Part shown: positions 17,300-26,181 of the stretch, one piece after another
Layout of the letters: the number at the start of each line of letters is the position of its first letter
How positions within the stretch are numbered: position 1 is the first letter of the stretch
Source: Verrucomicrobiota bacterium
GTDB lineage: Bacteria; Verrucomicrobiota; Verrucomicrobiia; JABWAM01
Direction of reading: 5' to 3'
NCBI GenBank assembly: GCA_016198745.1
Contig: JACQHZ010000407.1
Location: 1 to 55,099 of the forward strand
Length of the DNA: 55,099 nucleotides
Position numbers and translations under genes: made by a program
The notes under the pieces: generated by a model
Told to the model about the DNA's origin: nothing
Databases searched by the model: none
What the model saw: the letters and a program-made list of their open reading frames with translations, nothing else

Positions 17300-18973
17300 T
17301 CAAGGCAGCGGCTGGGCCTTCCCTTCCTGCGATGCTTTTTCCCCGGCTTCGAGGATGGCGATGACTTTCCGGGCTTCTTCCGCCGTGATTTCCAAGGGTT
17401 CGCCCACCGAAAGATGGCTGGTCACGTTCGAGTAAAATGGGTTGAAGAGCGGATCATTCCAACTGACGGCAAAGGGGACCCTTGCTTCGCGTCGCACCAG
17501 ATCGTCGCCGAATGAGATCACTTTGAGGTAACGCCCTTCGGCAGCCCCGTGAACGTTAACCGCCGTCTCGATTCCTCCGCGGCTGCCGAGAATGCGCCAG
17601 GGGGACTTGGGAATCGCGGCCAGGAAGGAAAGCTCGAAGGACGCCGATTTGCCGCCTTCGTAACGCACCAGGATCAGGCCGTGGTCCTCGTTGGTCACAT
17701 GATGCCAGCGGCGTTTGTGGAGGAAGCCGTCCACGGAAAGGATGGGATGGGGCATGAGCCGGCCAATCCAGAAAAAGAAATGCGCGCCCCAGTCGAGCAT
17801 GAAGCCCCCGCTGATCGCCTTGTCATCCCGCCACCATTTGCCGTGGGGTCGGCTGTAACTGCCCATGCAGGCCTCGATTTGAAAAATTTCGCCGATCCGC
17901 CCGCTCCGAACAATCTCCTCGATGCGCAGGAAATCGCCGTCCCACCGCCGGTTATGATAGACGGTAAGCATCGAACCGCTCTGTTTGGCGGCGGCGATGA
18001 GCGCGTCCGCTTCGGCAACCTTTGTCACGAACGGTTTTTCCATCACCAGATGTTTGCCGGCCCGGGCGACTTGCAGACCGAGGGGGCCATGCACGTTATG
18101 CGGCACGATGGCGGTCACGCCGTCCACTTCCGGGTCGCGCAGCAAATCCTCGACCTTTGGATAGGTGCGAATTCCAGGGAAATCCTTGCGGGCGACTTCG
18201 AGCCGTTCCGGATTCAATTCACAAACGGCGACGGGTTGCAGGCCGGCCAGCGCGGCGCACTTGAGGTGGTGTTGTCCCATGTTGAAGCTTCCGCCGTAAC
18301 CGATGGTGGCCCAACGCAGGGGCCGGATGGTTTTGGGCCAGTTGCCGGCGGCCCAGCGCGCGCCGCGAATGATCAGTTGGGAAATCGCGGGATGCTCGAA
18401 CGCGCGCGAGTCATGTCCGATGGCCTGATAACAAACGCGCCCTTTTTTGTGCGCCTTCGTGTAGGCCAGCGGAATGGTTTGTCCCTGCCAAAGGCCGGTC
18501 AAAAAAACATCCAGACCGGTGTCGAATTCGCAGCGGTAAAATTCGTCCACCACCTGAAATTCCTGGACGCCCGCCACCAGCGGATGATCCTTTTTTGAAA
18601 TCGTGACCGGATAAAGATGCGGTTCGGGAGCGTGAGTCACAAAATGACTGCCGATCATGGCGCGGTAGCCCGCATTTTCGCGAAAGGAATCATTCGCGCA
18701 GTGAATCCCCATAAAACCTCTGCCGGAGGCCACGAAACGGGTGAGGGACTGTTCCTGTTCCGCGGAAAGCTTGCCGCCCTGGGTGTAAAAAACGACCGCA
18801 TCAAAACGATCCAGGGATTTCAAGGCGTCGCGATCTTCCGTGGATTCGACCTCGAACCACCCGGAATTTTGAAAGAGCTGGGGAAGGAAGGCCGCGGCAT
18901 ATTTGAAATCGTGAAAGCCGCCGCCCGTCAGAAGCAGAAGTCGTGTTTTTTTCATGGTGGAGGAGTTTTTCAT
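17300..18973 (-). CDS. fusion protein: ThuA-like (class I glutamine-amidotransferase-like) domain plus Gfo/Idh/MocA oxidoreductase
   Basis: N-terminus LLLLTGGGFHDFKYAA...FDAVVFYTQGG...GRGFMGIHCA is ThuA-like. From LRWATIGYGGSFNMGQHH onward there is a Rossmann/EKP (VMEKPF) oxidoreductase. Alternative start ATG at 18955. Confidence 0.75.
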   Translation of the reverse strand: MKNSSTMKKTRLLLLTGGGFHDFKYAAAFLPQLFQNSGWFEVESTEDRDALKSLDRFDAVVFYTQGGKLSAEQEQSLTRFVASGRGFMGIHCANDSFRENAGYRAMIGSHFVTHAPEPHLYPVTISKKDHPLVAGVQEFQVVDEFYRCEFDTGLDVFLTGLWQGQTIPLAYTKAHKKGRVCYQAIGHDSRAFEHPAISQLIIRGARWAAGNWPKTIRPLRWATIGYGGSFNMGQHHLKCAALAGLQPVAVCELNPERLEVARKDFPGIRTYPKVEDLLRDPEVDGVTAIVPHNVHGPLGLQVARAGKHLVMEKPFVTKVAEADALIAAAKQSGSMLTVYHNRRWDGDFLRIEEIVRSGRIGEIFQIEACMGSYSRPHGKWWRDDKAISGGFMLDWGAHFFFWIGRLMPHPILSVDGFLHKRRWHHVTNEDHGLILVRYEGGKSASFELSFLAAIPKSPWRILGSRGGIETAVNVHGAAEGRYLKVISFGDDLVRREARVPFAVSWNDPLFNPFYSNVTSHLSVGEPLEITAEEARKVIAILEAGEKASQEGKAQPLP

Positions 18974-19054
18974 AAGCAGAGGTTATTGCAAATCAATTTG
19001 TTCATGACTGTCTGTTAAAAAAAATTGAAATATTTCCGGATACATGCTTGCTGG

Positions 19055-19083
19055 TTGACAGCGCCTCGCGCCGCGGGTAGAGT
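19055..19083 (+). promoter_or_regulatory. sigma70-like promoter implying a leaderless Uma2 mRNA
   Basis: TTGACA (19055..19060), 17-nt spacer, TAGAGT (19078..19083), then ATG at 19090, only 6 nt after the -10 box. Confidence 0.4.
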
Positions 19084-19089
19084 GTCATC

Positions 19090-19644
19090 ATGCAACAGGC
19101 CGTTTATCGTCCGCTCACGGTCCATGATTTCCGCGAACTACCCGAAGGACCGCCTCACTATCAATTGATCCAAGGCGCGATTGTCATGTCCCCCGCGCCC
19201 ACACGACGGCATCAACAAATTGCTGGAAACATTTTCGTTTTGATTCGGAATTTTCTGGAGAAACAAAAGATCGGCAAGGTTTATTTTGCTCCGTCCGATG
19301 TTGAGTTGACGGATGTCAACGTTTATCAACCCGACATCTACTACGTCTCCAATGCCAACCGCGGGATTTTAAGCGAGCAAGGGACGGAAGGAGCGCCTGA
19401 TTTGGTGGTGGAAATCGCCTCTCCCAAAACCGCGAAGATGGATCGAGGAATCAAACGGGAGATCTATGCTCGAACCGGTGTTCAAGAATTGTGGCTGGTG
19501 GATCCGGACCTCAACAAATTTCAAGTTTATCACCTCCGCAAGGACGCCGAAAATCCTGCCGCCACCTATGGCGCCGACGATGTTTTGGAGTCACCCCTCT
19601 TTCCCGGCCTCAAGCTCCATACGGCGCAGGTCTTCCAAGAATAA
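19090..19644 (+). CDS. Uma2-family (DUF820) PD-(D/E)xK endonuclease-like protein
   Basis: Family-typical pattern: YQLIQGAIVMSPAP..RH..I..NI, YFAPSDVEL, VYQPDIYYVS, APDLVVEIASPKT, RE.YARTGVQELWLVDP. Confidence 0.8.
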   Translation: MQQAVYRPLTVHDFRELPEGPPHYQLIQGAIVMSPAPTRRHQQIAGNIFVLIRNFLEKQKIGKVYFAPSDVELTDVNVYQPDIYYVSNANRGILSEQGTEGAPDLVVEIASPKTAKMDRGIKREIYARTGVQELWLVDPDLNKFQVYHLRKDAENPAATYGADDVLESPLFPGLKLHTAQVFQE

Positions 19645-20229
19645 GGTTGATCTCAACCAGACCAGAGCTCTGACTGTGAAAGTCGTCCCGTCGGACATAA
19701 CGTCGGCGTTTGGCGGAAAGAAAAGCAAGCGGATAGTCCGGTCGCACGCCGGGAGTCACGGCCAAAAGGCGCCAGGATAAGACCAGTAGCTTTCCGCACC
19801 GGTCGTCACGAGGATGATGGGACCCATTCGGTATTTGGCCTTGGCGCCCGGATAGGCGATGTATTCTCCATGGCCATCAACCAAAACAATGTTAATGCCC
19901 CTGGCCGGGCCGATGCGCGCCGCCCGGTCATGACCGTAGCCGGTGATCCCAGTAAACTGGGAGGCGGGCATGATGGATTGCCAGTAACCCGCGGTCATGG
20001 TCTGGGAATTTGCGGAATCCCAGACCATGAGAATATTTCCGGGTTGGGCATTATCGGCCTGGTTTCCTCGGTCCGCCTGCGTCAGACCGCCAGATTTGTT
20101 TCCATACCAGGCCCAGTCTCCCTGGCCAAAAGGGTTCGGGACGGGTCCCACCAAGCGGACACTGGATAAAAAGATGTTGAATTGATAATGGCAATTGTAA
20201 TCGTGGTACGGTTCGATGAAGCCATAATC

Positions 20230-20249
20230 AGGGATGACTAGGGATGACT
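20230..20249. repeat. exact 10-bp tandem duplication (AGGGATGACT x2) causing a +1 frameshift
   Basis: Read directly: 20230..20239 is identical to 20240..20249. Confidence 0.95.
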
Positions 20250-20611
20250 GAAGGACACTGGAATACGGTTCCTCGGGGTGGTATTCCAGAGGTCTTCATG
20301 CCGATGTAGGGAAGGAGGGTGCGCGCCCATTTCGCCGTATTGTACATGCCCGGTTCCTCAAACAGCTCACCCTTGTTATCATCCGCGTACATTCGCATGG
20401 CCAACGCAATTTGCTTGAGGTTGGACAGGCAGGCGACTTTTCTTCCGCTTTCCCGGGCATTCCTCAAAACCGGCATAAGCAACGCGGCGAGAATGCTGAT
20501 GATGGCGATGACCACGAGGAGTTCTATTAAGGTGAAGGCCGAGGGCCGAATGCCGACTTGTCCGCCGTAGCCTTGGCGGAGGAGGAATGCAGCCAGAGAG
20601 TGGATTAAAGA

Positions 20612-20703
20612 TGTGGCACAGCCGCCCCCGGCTGTGGTTCGGAAGAGACACAGCCGGGGGCGGAGGGGGTAGGGAAGAAGGGAGCCGGGGCGGCTGTGCC
20701 ACA
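20612..20703. repeat. nested / alternative inverted repeats (REP-like structured element)
   Basis: TGTGGCACAGCCGCCCC (20612..20628) is the perfect reverse complement of 20687..20703. An inner arm CCCCCGGCTGTG (20625..20636) pairs with CACAGCCGGGGG (20649..20660). The direct repeat AGCCGGGG(G)CGG occurs at 20652 and 20683. Confidence 0.7.
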
Positions 20704-20732
20704 CGTTTTCCTGGAAACATTCCGGTTTCAGC

Positions 20733-21392
20733 GTGGATGCCAGCGTTCATATCGAAGCCGGCCAGACCGACGCCCTCCAGCGGTTGGTCCGCTACATGGT
20801 CCGCTGTCCCTTCAGTTTGGAGCGAATACTGAAGATCGGAGAAAACGGACAGGTCATTTACCATGCCGAGCACGCGGACGCGCGGGCTTTTCCACTGCCG
20901 GGCCGACTCGATGGTCAGGGCGCCTTCCAACGCAATTTCCAGATTTTCGACCCCCTGGATTTTCTGGCGGAAGTCACGCAACACATCCCCGATCCTGGCC
21001 AGCATCTGATCCTTTGCTACGGTGAGTATTCCCACAAAAAACGAGGGCTGCGCGCCAAGGTCAAGGGCGACGAGGCGCAAGCCCCGCCCGTCCCCGTTCC
21101 AGAACCTGACGGTGACTTTCGCAAGCAATGCCGCCAGCGTTGGGCGGCGTTCATCAAGCAGGTCTATGAAACGGACCCTTTAATCTGTCCCCAGTGTGGT
21201 GGGACCATGCGGATCATCGCCTTCATCGAGCGACGGCAGGAAGAGGTCATCCGAAAGATTCTCGAACATTGCGGCCTATGGGAGGAGAACCGGGGGCCTC
21301 CGGAAACCGCTCCTCCGATCCGTCCGGGTGACTGGACCTACGAACCCGACCCGGAATTTAATCCTGTCGTAGAAGCGTTCGCTGACTTTTGA
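20733..21392 (+). mobile_element. IS91/ISCR-family (Y2 rolling-circle) transposase, C-terminal fragment only
   Basis: LQRLVRYMVRCPFSLERIL...VIYHAEH...PLDFLAEVTQHIPDPGQHLILCYGEYSHKKRG...RWAAFIKQVYETDPLICPQCGGTMRIIAFI is the conserved C-terminal half of IS91-type transposases. The N-terminal zinc-binding and HUH/Y2 catalytic region is missing. The fragment starts at the structured repeat 20612..20703. Confidence 0.7.
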
Positions 21393-21737
21393 ACCTTCAC
21401 CCCTCCAACCAGGGGCGGAACGAAGGGGCTTGCATCAGAAGGCTTGATTTCAAGGCTTGGCTATGCCTTGTTGTCCCTATGCAACCCTTGGCGCAAGCGG
21501 AAACATGCCCTTCACACCTCCAAGACGGGCAACGCGCCATGATCAAGCGGTTTCAAGGCCCTCGGACCGCGCCAGCGCAGGGATTCCGCCTCCGCTCCGG
21601 GCAAGCCCCAAAATCAAAATTCCTATCCTTTGTTCTGGCATATGCATCACGCACCTGCGCTGAATTTGCCAAAGAGTGTCACAGGAATCCCCCCGAAACG
21701 GAAGATGGGTTCACCGAACGGTTGCGTTTGCGTGCTG

Positions 21738-21868
21738 GATTTGCAATTTCAGAGTGCGCGATTTGCAAAGACGCGATTCGTGAATTGGCGTATCGATACA
21801 GGTTATGAAACGCGTTTGGCCGACACAATTCTGGCGACCCACGACGGAATTTCCTGCGCGCCCGTGCG
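21738..21868 (+). promoter_or_regulatory. triple-box operator copy 3 plus conserved leader
   Basis: GGATTTGCAATTTCAGAGTGCGCGATTTGCAAAGACGCGATTCGTGAATTGGCG, then ATGAAACGCGTTTGGCCGACACAATTCTGGCGACCC...GGAATTTCCTGCGCGCCCGT. It aligns with 13458..13590 and lies ~330-460 nt upstream of the 22197 gene. Confidence 0.5.
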
Positions 21869-22196
21869 CCTCAGGAAACCCCTTCTTTCGAACAAAAACA
21901 AAACATCATTCACTCTGAAAAATTCATTTATGAAGACCCCAAAAACGCAGTTTCCGGAGGCGCCCTTATGAAAGCGTTTAATATCAAGGGACTCCCCTTG
22001 GTTCTCCAGAGGGGAAAACGCCCCGGTGTGAGGTCGGAGAGCAGCAACGGCTGGGAATGTGGTGGGCTGCTGAACATGCGCATCTTTGATATTTTTGCGA
22101 TTATGATGTCGGCAAGAAGCGATCCCCGCCCCCTCTGAACCCACTCAAAGTAAGGTAGAGCCAAATTTAATCAGAAAAACAAAAACGGAGAAAGCT

Positions 22197-25100
22197 ATGC
22201 CCCCAAAACCCTCAACTCAAACTCCGGAAGTGATTTCCGGAGGTTCCCTATTGATGATTCAAAAACAACAAGTTATCTTCAGTTGTTTAGCCATAATTAT
22301 GGTTATCTCAAGTCTTTCGTGTTTCGGCTCCGACAAGAATGTAGATAAGCCGCTTGCGCTACAAATGCAGTTTGAAGAGATATGGAAAAGCGCGGAAACG
22401 ATTAAGGTGACATCAGAAAAAAGCATTGAATGTTCCCTTCCTGCGTTGCCGTCCCAACCTGGTAAAATTGCCGTCATACGTTATCAAGCCCGCGTCAATG
22501 GGTTTACCGGCTGGAACATATTCCTCGGCCTTCATCTGAACGGACAACCACTTGAAGAAACGGATAGGAACGGCATAGGGCGCTTAATCAACCGTGCTTC
22601 CATATTCAGTTCCTCCATTTGGGAAACCCAAATTATGGCATCCGACAATCACTATCTCATTTTCTTCACACAAGATTTCAACAAGATCGATCCGTCCATA
22701 ACCGATATAGCGCAACAAATTGAGGCAACATGGTTTATGCTCCGCATTGATGACCTTTCAAAAAAAGATTCCAGAAACCTGCTTCGTCTGAGCAATTCAT
22801 ATCCCAAAGCTGAAGTTGAGGTTGCTTCGCTTGCGGTCGGTTATATTCCCGCTAAAGAGGCGAAGGAACAGAAACCGCTTGCCCTCCGCCTTCCATTCGA
22901 AAGAATATGGCGCCACGAAAAACCGATCAGGATTGGAGCGGAACAGTCGGCCAAAATTTCCATTCCACCCATCCCGCAAGCGGTAGGTCAAACAATAGCG
23001 ATTCGATTCCAAACCCGGCTTGTATATCCGGAGTTCGAAGGATGGAACACATTCCTCAAGCTCAATTTCAATGATGAAGCCGTTACCGAACTGGATAAAT
23101 GTGCAAATGATCGCTTGTTGAACCGTTCCACAATTTTTTCATCAACAAGATGGGGCACCTCGGCAATGGTTGCCGGAAACAACTACATCACGTTTTTCAC
23201 GCCCGACATAAATGCCATAAACAAAGAGTGGGTAAATGATCCCGCGCAACTCAAGGAAGCCACCTGGTATGTGTTGCGGATTGAAGACCTTGCCAAAACT
23301 GACGGAACGAATATCCTGAAGTTTACAAGCGCCGTAAACCCAAATACGTTTAAAAAAGATGCTTCGGGGAACGTTCCGGTTGTAGAAGTCGCGTCGCTCG
23401 AAATAGGATACATCAAGGCGAAATCGTCCATTGAAACCGATGAGAAAATAACAGTTGATTTTTCTCCGACCGGAACATTAAAGACATCCAATTATTCTGT
23501 CAGTGTCTCCAGTAATGGCGGGTTCTGCGTGGCTGCCGAAAGCGGGAAGAGCTATTTTGACGCTTCGTTCTCATACCCGTTTGCGGGAAAGAATTGGAAC
23601 GCCGTTTCGGCCGACAAAAAAAACATTGCCGGAGAAGCCGCCTGGAAACCTGTTACCCATCTTGACAGACGGAACGTCACGGTTGAAGCCAAAGGAAAAT
23701 ATTACACATTCAAGCGCCAGGTCATTTGCCACGAGAGATTCCTTGAAATCCATGATGTTTTCATGAATAAAACCGACTATATCCTGGGCATCATTGTGCG
23801 CAACCGGTTTGTGAGCGAGGAGAATCCATTGAAATTGAAAATCGGCGGATATAACGCAAATCCTGAATTACCTACCGAGCCGGTGCATTCGCCAAGTAAT
23901 CCAACGCTTTTTTTCGGAATGAACCGGGGCGGACTTGGTATTTTTGCGCAGGATACTGCTTTCCGCAATCAGCTTATGATGGAGACCAAAAGGAACGTGG
24001 CCGTGTTCGGGTCAAACGAACTGGGATTGGCCCCTAAAGAAACATACACTCTCCGCTGGCGGATCTACCCCATGGAGGATAACGATTATTTTTCATTTAT
24101 AAACCGACTCCGTTCAGATATCGGCGCAAATTACACAATCCTTGGGCCTGGAAAATTCTTTGGGGATATCCGTGACAAACACAGGACCATTACCCCCGAA
24201 GAATTCAATAAGTCTATGGAGCGCCAGTATGCGCCTGTTGGCATGTTTAGCCCGTGGTTCTGTTATTATGATGGCGGGGACCTGTCATTAGAGGCATGGA
24301 TTGGTGGCATACGCCGGGGAGTCGCCAACTTTAAAAAGGGACTTCCGCCGGAAGTCCGTCTCCTTCCATGTTTTGAAACATCTATTCAGCCTGTTCCTGA
24401 TGAGATAGAAATCAAGCTCTGGCCCGAGGACTTGGAAGAATGGCCTACTAGTGATGGATTTATTGTCACAAAAGACAATAAGTTTAGCTCTTCAAAACAA
24501 TATACACTCGGCAAACCGGTTACCAATTTCCGTTCCTACATCAAATTGGACACCAAATATTACAAAAAGTTCATGGCAGGAATTGATGGGGCAATGGACG
24601 CCGGATTCAGGGGCATTTATTTCGATCTTTTCGTCTGCCCTAATCTTAGAACATACGACCAATGGGATGGCAGAACAGTAGAGATGGATGCTGATAGTTT
24701 TACAGTCGCACGAGAAACCGCTCTGCTTCCAATCCTGGAAGGACCGGCCAAGAAGGCAATAGTCGAACATATTATCCAGCGCGGCGGCATTGTAGTCTGC
24801 AATGATTATCCGGTATGGGAAGAACTTCAATCAACGCCTCTTTTTTCATTTTCTGAAGCCAGTGACATCAACGGAGGGCACCTTGGCGCTCCCATTGGTC
24901 TTTCGGCAGGCTGGGATGCAGCAGAAGGACACAGCGGAGCGGATCTGGTTGCCGCTGTTATCGCACGGCTTAAAAAAGGTGGTCTTTTCTATTACTACGC
25001 CACCATAATCAAGGAAACAGATAACGAAGCTTATGAGCTAGTTAAAAACATGTATCCAATCACTATTGAAGAATTACATGCCGGATGGATCAAGGGCAAA

Positions 25101-25298
25101 GAAAGAACTATCACTTGTGTCCCCGGAAAATATACTGTGGGAGGTTCCAAACCGCCCAAAGTAATCCTGTTTACTAAAGAAGGGAAGAAATCATCCAGCC
25201 CGCCGGAAGCCCTGCGGCCGGAAGGGAAAACGGAATGGCTCATCGACCTGACCCAATTACCCGCAGGTAGCGCTGTCATCATTGAAAACATCTTATGA
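22197..25298 (+). CDS. orphan 1033-aa secreted/membrane-anchored protein with two tandem ~180-aa N-terminal domain repeats
   Basis: GGAG 7 nt upstream of the ATG. Hydrophobic N-terminus VIFSCLAIIMVISSLSCFG. Repeat 1 (nt 22347..22871) and repeat 2 (22872..23426) share KPLAL..FE.IW....I......S....P..P...G..IAIR.Q.R.....GWN.FL.L..N........R.GRL.NR..IFSS..W.......N.Y..FFT.D....W....RI.DL.K.D..N.L........EVASL..GYI.AK. AT-rich codon usage. Confidence 0.7.
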   Translation: MPPKPSTQTPEVISGGSLLMIQKQQVIFSCLAIIMVISSLSCFGSDKNVDKPLALQMQFEEIWKSAETIKVTSEKSIECSLPALPSQPGKIAVIRYQARVNGFTGWNIFLGLHLNGQPLEETDRNGIGRLINRASIFSSSIWETQIMASDNHYLIFFTQDFNKIDPSITDIAQQIEATWFMLRIDDLSKKDSRNLLRLSNSYPKAEVEVASLAVGYIPAKEAKEQKPLALRLPFERIWRHEKPIRIGAEQSAKISIPPIPQAVGQTIAIRFQTRLVYPEFEGWNTFLKLNFNDEAVTELDKCANDRLLNRSTIFSSTRWGTSAMVAGNNYITFFTPDINAINKEWVNDPAQLKEATWYVLRIEDLAKTDGTNILKFTSAVNPNTFKKDASGNVPVVEVASLEIGYIKAKSSIETDEKITVDFSPTGTLKTSNYSVSVSSNGGFCVAAESGKSYFDASFSYPFAGKNWNAVSADKKNIAGEAAWKPVTHLDRRNVTVEAKGKYYTFKRQVICHERFLEIHDVFMNKTDYILGIIVRNRFVSEENPLKLKIGGYNANPELPTEPVHSPSNPTLFFGMNRGGLGIFAQDTAFRNQLMMETKRNVAVFGSNELGLAPKETYTLRWRIYPMEDNDYFSFINRLRSDIGANYTILGPGKFFGDIRDKHRTITPEEFNKSMERQYAPVGMFSPWFCYYDGGDLSLEAWIGGIRRGVANFKKGLPPEVRLLPCFETSIQPVPDEIEIKLWPEDLEEWPTSDGFIVTKDNKFSSSKQYTLGKPVTNFRSYIKLDTKYYKKFMAGIDGAMDAGFRGIYFDLFVCPNLRTYDQWDGRTVEMDADSFTVARETALLPILEGPAKKAIVEHIIQRGGIVVCNDYPVWEELQSTPLFSFSEASDINGGHLGAPIGLSAGWDAAEGHSGADLVAAVIARLKKGGLFYYYATIIKETDNEAYELVKNMYPITIEELHAGWIKGKERTITCVPGKYTVGGSKPPKVILFTKEGKKSSSPPEALRPEGKTEWLIDLTQLPAGSAVIIENIL

Positions 25299-25427
25299 AC
25301 AGGAGGAGTTCAAGCACATGAAAGCCATAGGATCGTCCGGTAATCACTCAGCATCTCTTGTTAAGGCGCTCGACCACCGCGTTGGCGACCGGCCTGTGGT
25401 CTTGAACTAACTGAAGAGGAGTTGCTC

Positions 25428-26174
25428 ATGGTCTCGAAATGTTCGGGCGAGTATGTAAGCCAAGACTATCCGACGTTTGCCGCAGGCCAACGGCATCCAC
25501 TCGGTCAGCACTCCATGCTCAGTAGGAGCGCTTTCACACTTATTGAGTTACTGGTCGTTATCGCCATCATCGCGCTTCTGGCGGCGCTGCTGCAACCGGC
25601 GTTGAGCCAGGCACGGGAAAAAGCCAGACAGGTAAAGTGCATGAACAATCTAAAACAGTTCGCAACTGCCTTTGAGATGTATCTCGATGATCACGAAGAT
25701 GTTTACCCACCGTATTGGGATGGTAGGTGGGTAGCTTCAATCTCTCCCTATCTGGGTAATCCTCTCAGCCCGACTTTCGACTGGAATAGCAACGATAGAT
25801 GGGAACTGATGAAAAGACCGGTTTGGCATTGTCCCAGTGAGAAAGAGTATCAGGACTGGGGTTCGTACGGTTATAATCTAAATTTTATTGGTGGATACCT
25901 AGGAAACCAGGTGACTGCGAGTGCACGCAGGAGTGAACTTATACAAATCAGTGAAACAGTGTTGCTTATTGATAACAGCCCCCCATTTAATCCATTTGCT
26001 ACCGCCTATGCTTATGGGATAGGAATAGAGGGCTATGGAACTAGACATAACCGTGGTACCATGGTACTGTGGTGTGACGGTCATGTTAGTTGGCATCAAA
26101 CAACGGAAGTCTTCACTCATACTGGCTGGGCAAATCCTGATAGTTGGTTCGACCGAAATGGACAAGGGTTTTAA
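25428..26174 (+). CDS. DUF1559-like prepilin-type N-terminal cleavage/methylation-domain protein
   Basis: [26 protein letters not shown] and C-terminal [11 protein letters not shown] motif. GAGGAG lies 6 nt upstream of ATG 25428. The ORF caller starts at TTG 25422. Confidence 0.8.
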   Translation: MVSKCSGEYVSQDYPTFAAGQRHPLGQHSMLSRSAFTLIELLVVIAIIALLAALLQPALSQAREKARQVKCMNNLKQFATAFEMYLDDHEDVYPPYWDGRWVASISPYLGNPLSPTFDWNSNDRWELMKRPVWHCPSEKEYQDWGSYGYNLNFIGGYLGNQVTASARRSELIQISETVLLIDNSPPFNPFATAYAYGIGIEGYGTRHNRGTMVLWCDGHVSWHQTTEVFTHTGWANPDSWFDRNGQGF

Positions 26175-26181
26175 TGATAGT

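Larger units (their letters stand above)
19756..20704 (-). pseudogene. DUF1559-like prepilin-type protein gene split by a 10-bp tandem duplication
   Basis: ORF 20228..20704 carries [28 protein letters not shown] 19756..20154 carries the C-terminal NIVLVDGHGEYI motif. The two are in different frames. Deleting one copy of AGGGATGACT (20230..20249) joins them into one frame (..[28 protein letters not shown]..). The true start is unclear. Confidence 0.8.

Noticed and set aside
20379-21128. 249-aa minus-strand ORF spanning the DUF1559 5' region, the inverted repeat and the IS91 fragment
   Set aside because: It crosses three unrelated sequence segments, including a structured repeat. It is antisense to the recognisable IS91-type coding sequence and has no motif of its own.
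21389-21808. 139-aa plus-strand ORF in the 21.4-22.2 kb intergenic region
   Set aside because: Its C-terminal part is simply the translated operator repeat (..ECAICKDAIRELAY..; compare ..ECPICKAAICELAY.. in the 13230 ORF extension). That is nucleotide-level rather than protein-level conservation. The rest has no coding signature.
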